Source: a virus (taxonomy: Duplodnaviria > Heunggongvirae > Uroviricota > Caudoviricetes). From it: DNA of 5,594 nt. Shown piece after piece: positions 5,441 through 5,594 of this stretch (within the stretch, counting starts at the first letter, position 1; each line of letters opens with the position of its first letter). The position numbers and the translations under genes are program-made. The notes beneath the pieces were generated by a model. It was not told where the DNA came from. It made no database searches and saw nothing but the letters and a program-made list of their open reading frames with translations. The stretch lies in the IMG/VR virus record IMGVR_UViG_2663762627_000005, positions 1 to 5,594 of that record; one strand, given 5' to 3'.

Positions 5441-5594
5441 TTTAGTGTATCATGGTGTTTTTGAGGTGCTCCCGTGGCTTCCATCTCCATCAGTTGTCCC
5501 TCCTGCTCAGCTACTGAAGGCGTGGTGCGTAACGGTAAAAGTACTGCCGGACATCAGCGCTATCTCTGCTCTCACTGCCGTAAAACATGGCAAC
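5419..5594 (+). mobile_element. IS1 insertion sequence, left end (terminal inverted repeat GGTAATGGTGCCAACTTACTGAT) and start of insA; continues beyond the window
   Basis: 5419-5441 matches the IS1 terminal inverted repeat apart from a few variant positions, followed by the characteristic TTTAGTGTAT...GGTGTTTTTGAGGTGCTCC leader and insA. Confidence 0.9.
5474..5594 (+). CDS. insA: IS1 InsA (transposition repressor / N-terminal transposase part), 5' portion only
   Basis: GTG start at 5474. Translation (V/M)[39 protein letters not shown] matches the InsA N-terminus (zinc-finger CPSC...CSHC). ORF runs off the right edge. Confidence 0.9.
   Translation, partial: MASISISCPSCSATEGVVRNGKSTAGHQRYLCSHCRKTWQ

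Noticed and set aside
1-5594. CRISPR array or a recognisable defence or toxin-antitoxin operon
   Set aside because: No regularly spaced repeats of 25-40 bp with unique spacers and no ORFs with nuclease, ATPase or toxin motifs beyond the primase-helicase; the repeats present are short iterons and operator-like elements.

Overview
The window reads as the regulatory and replication core of a P4-type satellite prophage (enterobacterial), ending in an IS1 copy. Minus strand, left: a late operon sid - delta - psu (psu runs off the left edge). Plus strand, right: an early 'left operon' with vis/alpA-like regulator, nested eta/kil ORFs spanning a P4-style RNA immunity locus (seqA, CI-like RNA with seqB, seqC), two small coupled ORFs of unknown function, and an alpha-type primase-helicase. 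The two operons diverge from a ~540 bp control region (1438-1973) holding a TGT-N12-ACA Ogr/Delta-type box upstream of sid, a cluster of TGTTCACC iterons (crr-like) and further phased repeats. The primase reading frame runs directly into an IS1 left end at about 5419, so the protein appears to have lost its C-terminal segment; IS1 insA starts at 5474 and continues past the window. No recognisable defence system, CRISPR array, tRNA or rRNA is in the window; the only genes without an assignable function are the 75-aa and 106-aa ORFs upstream of the primase. All homology statements come from reading motifs and recalled family knowledge, not from a database search.
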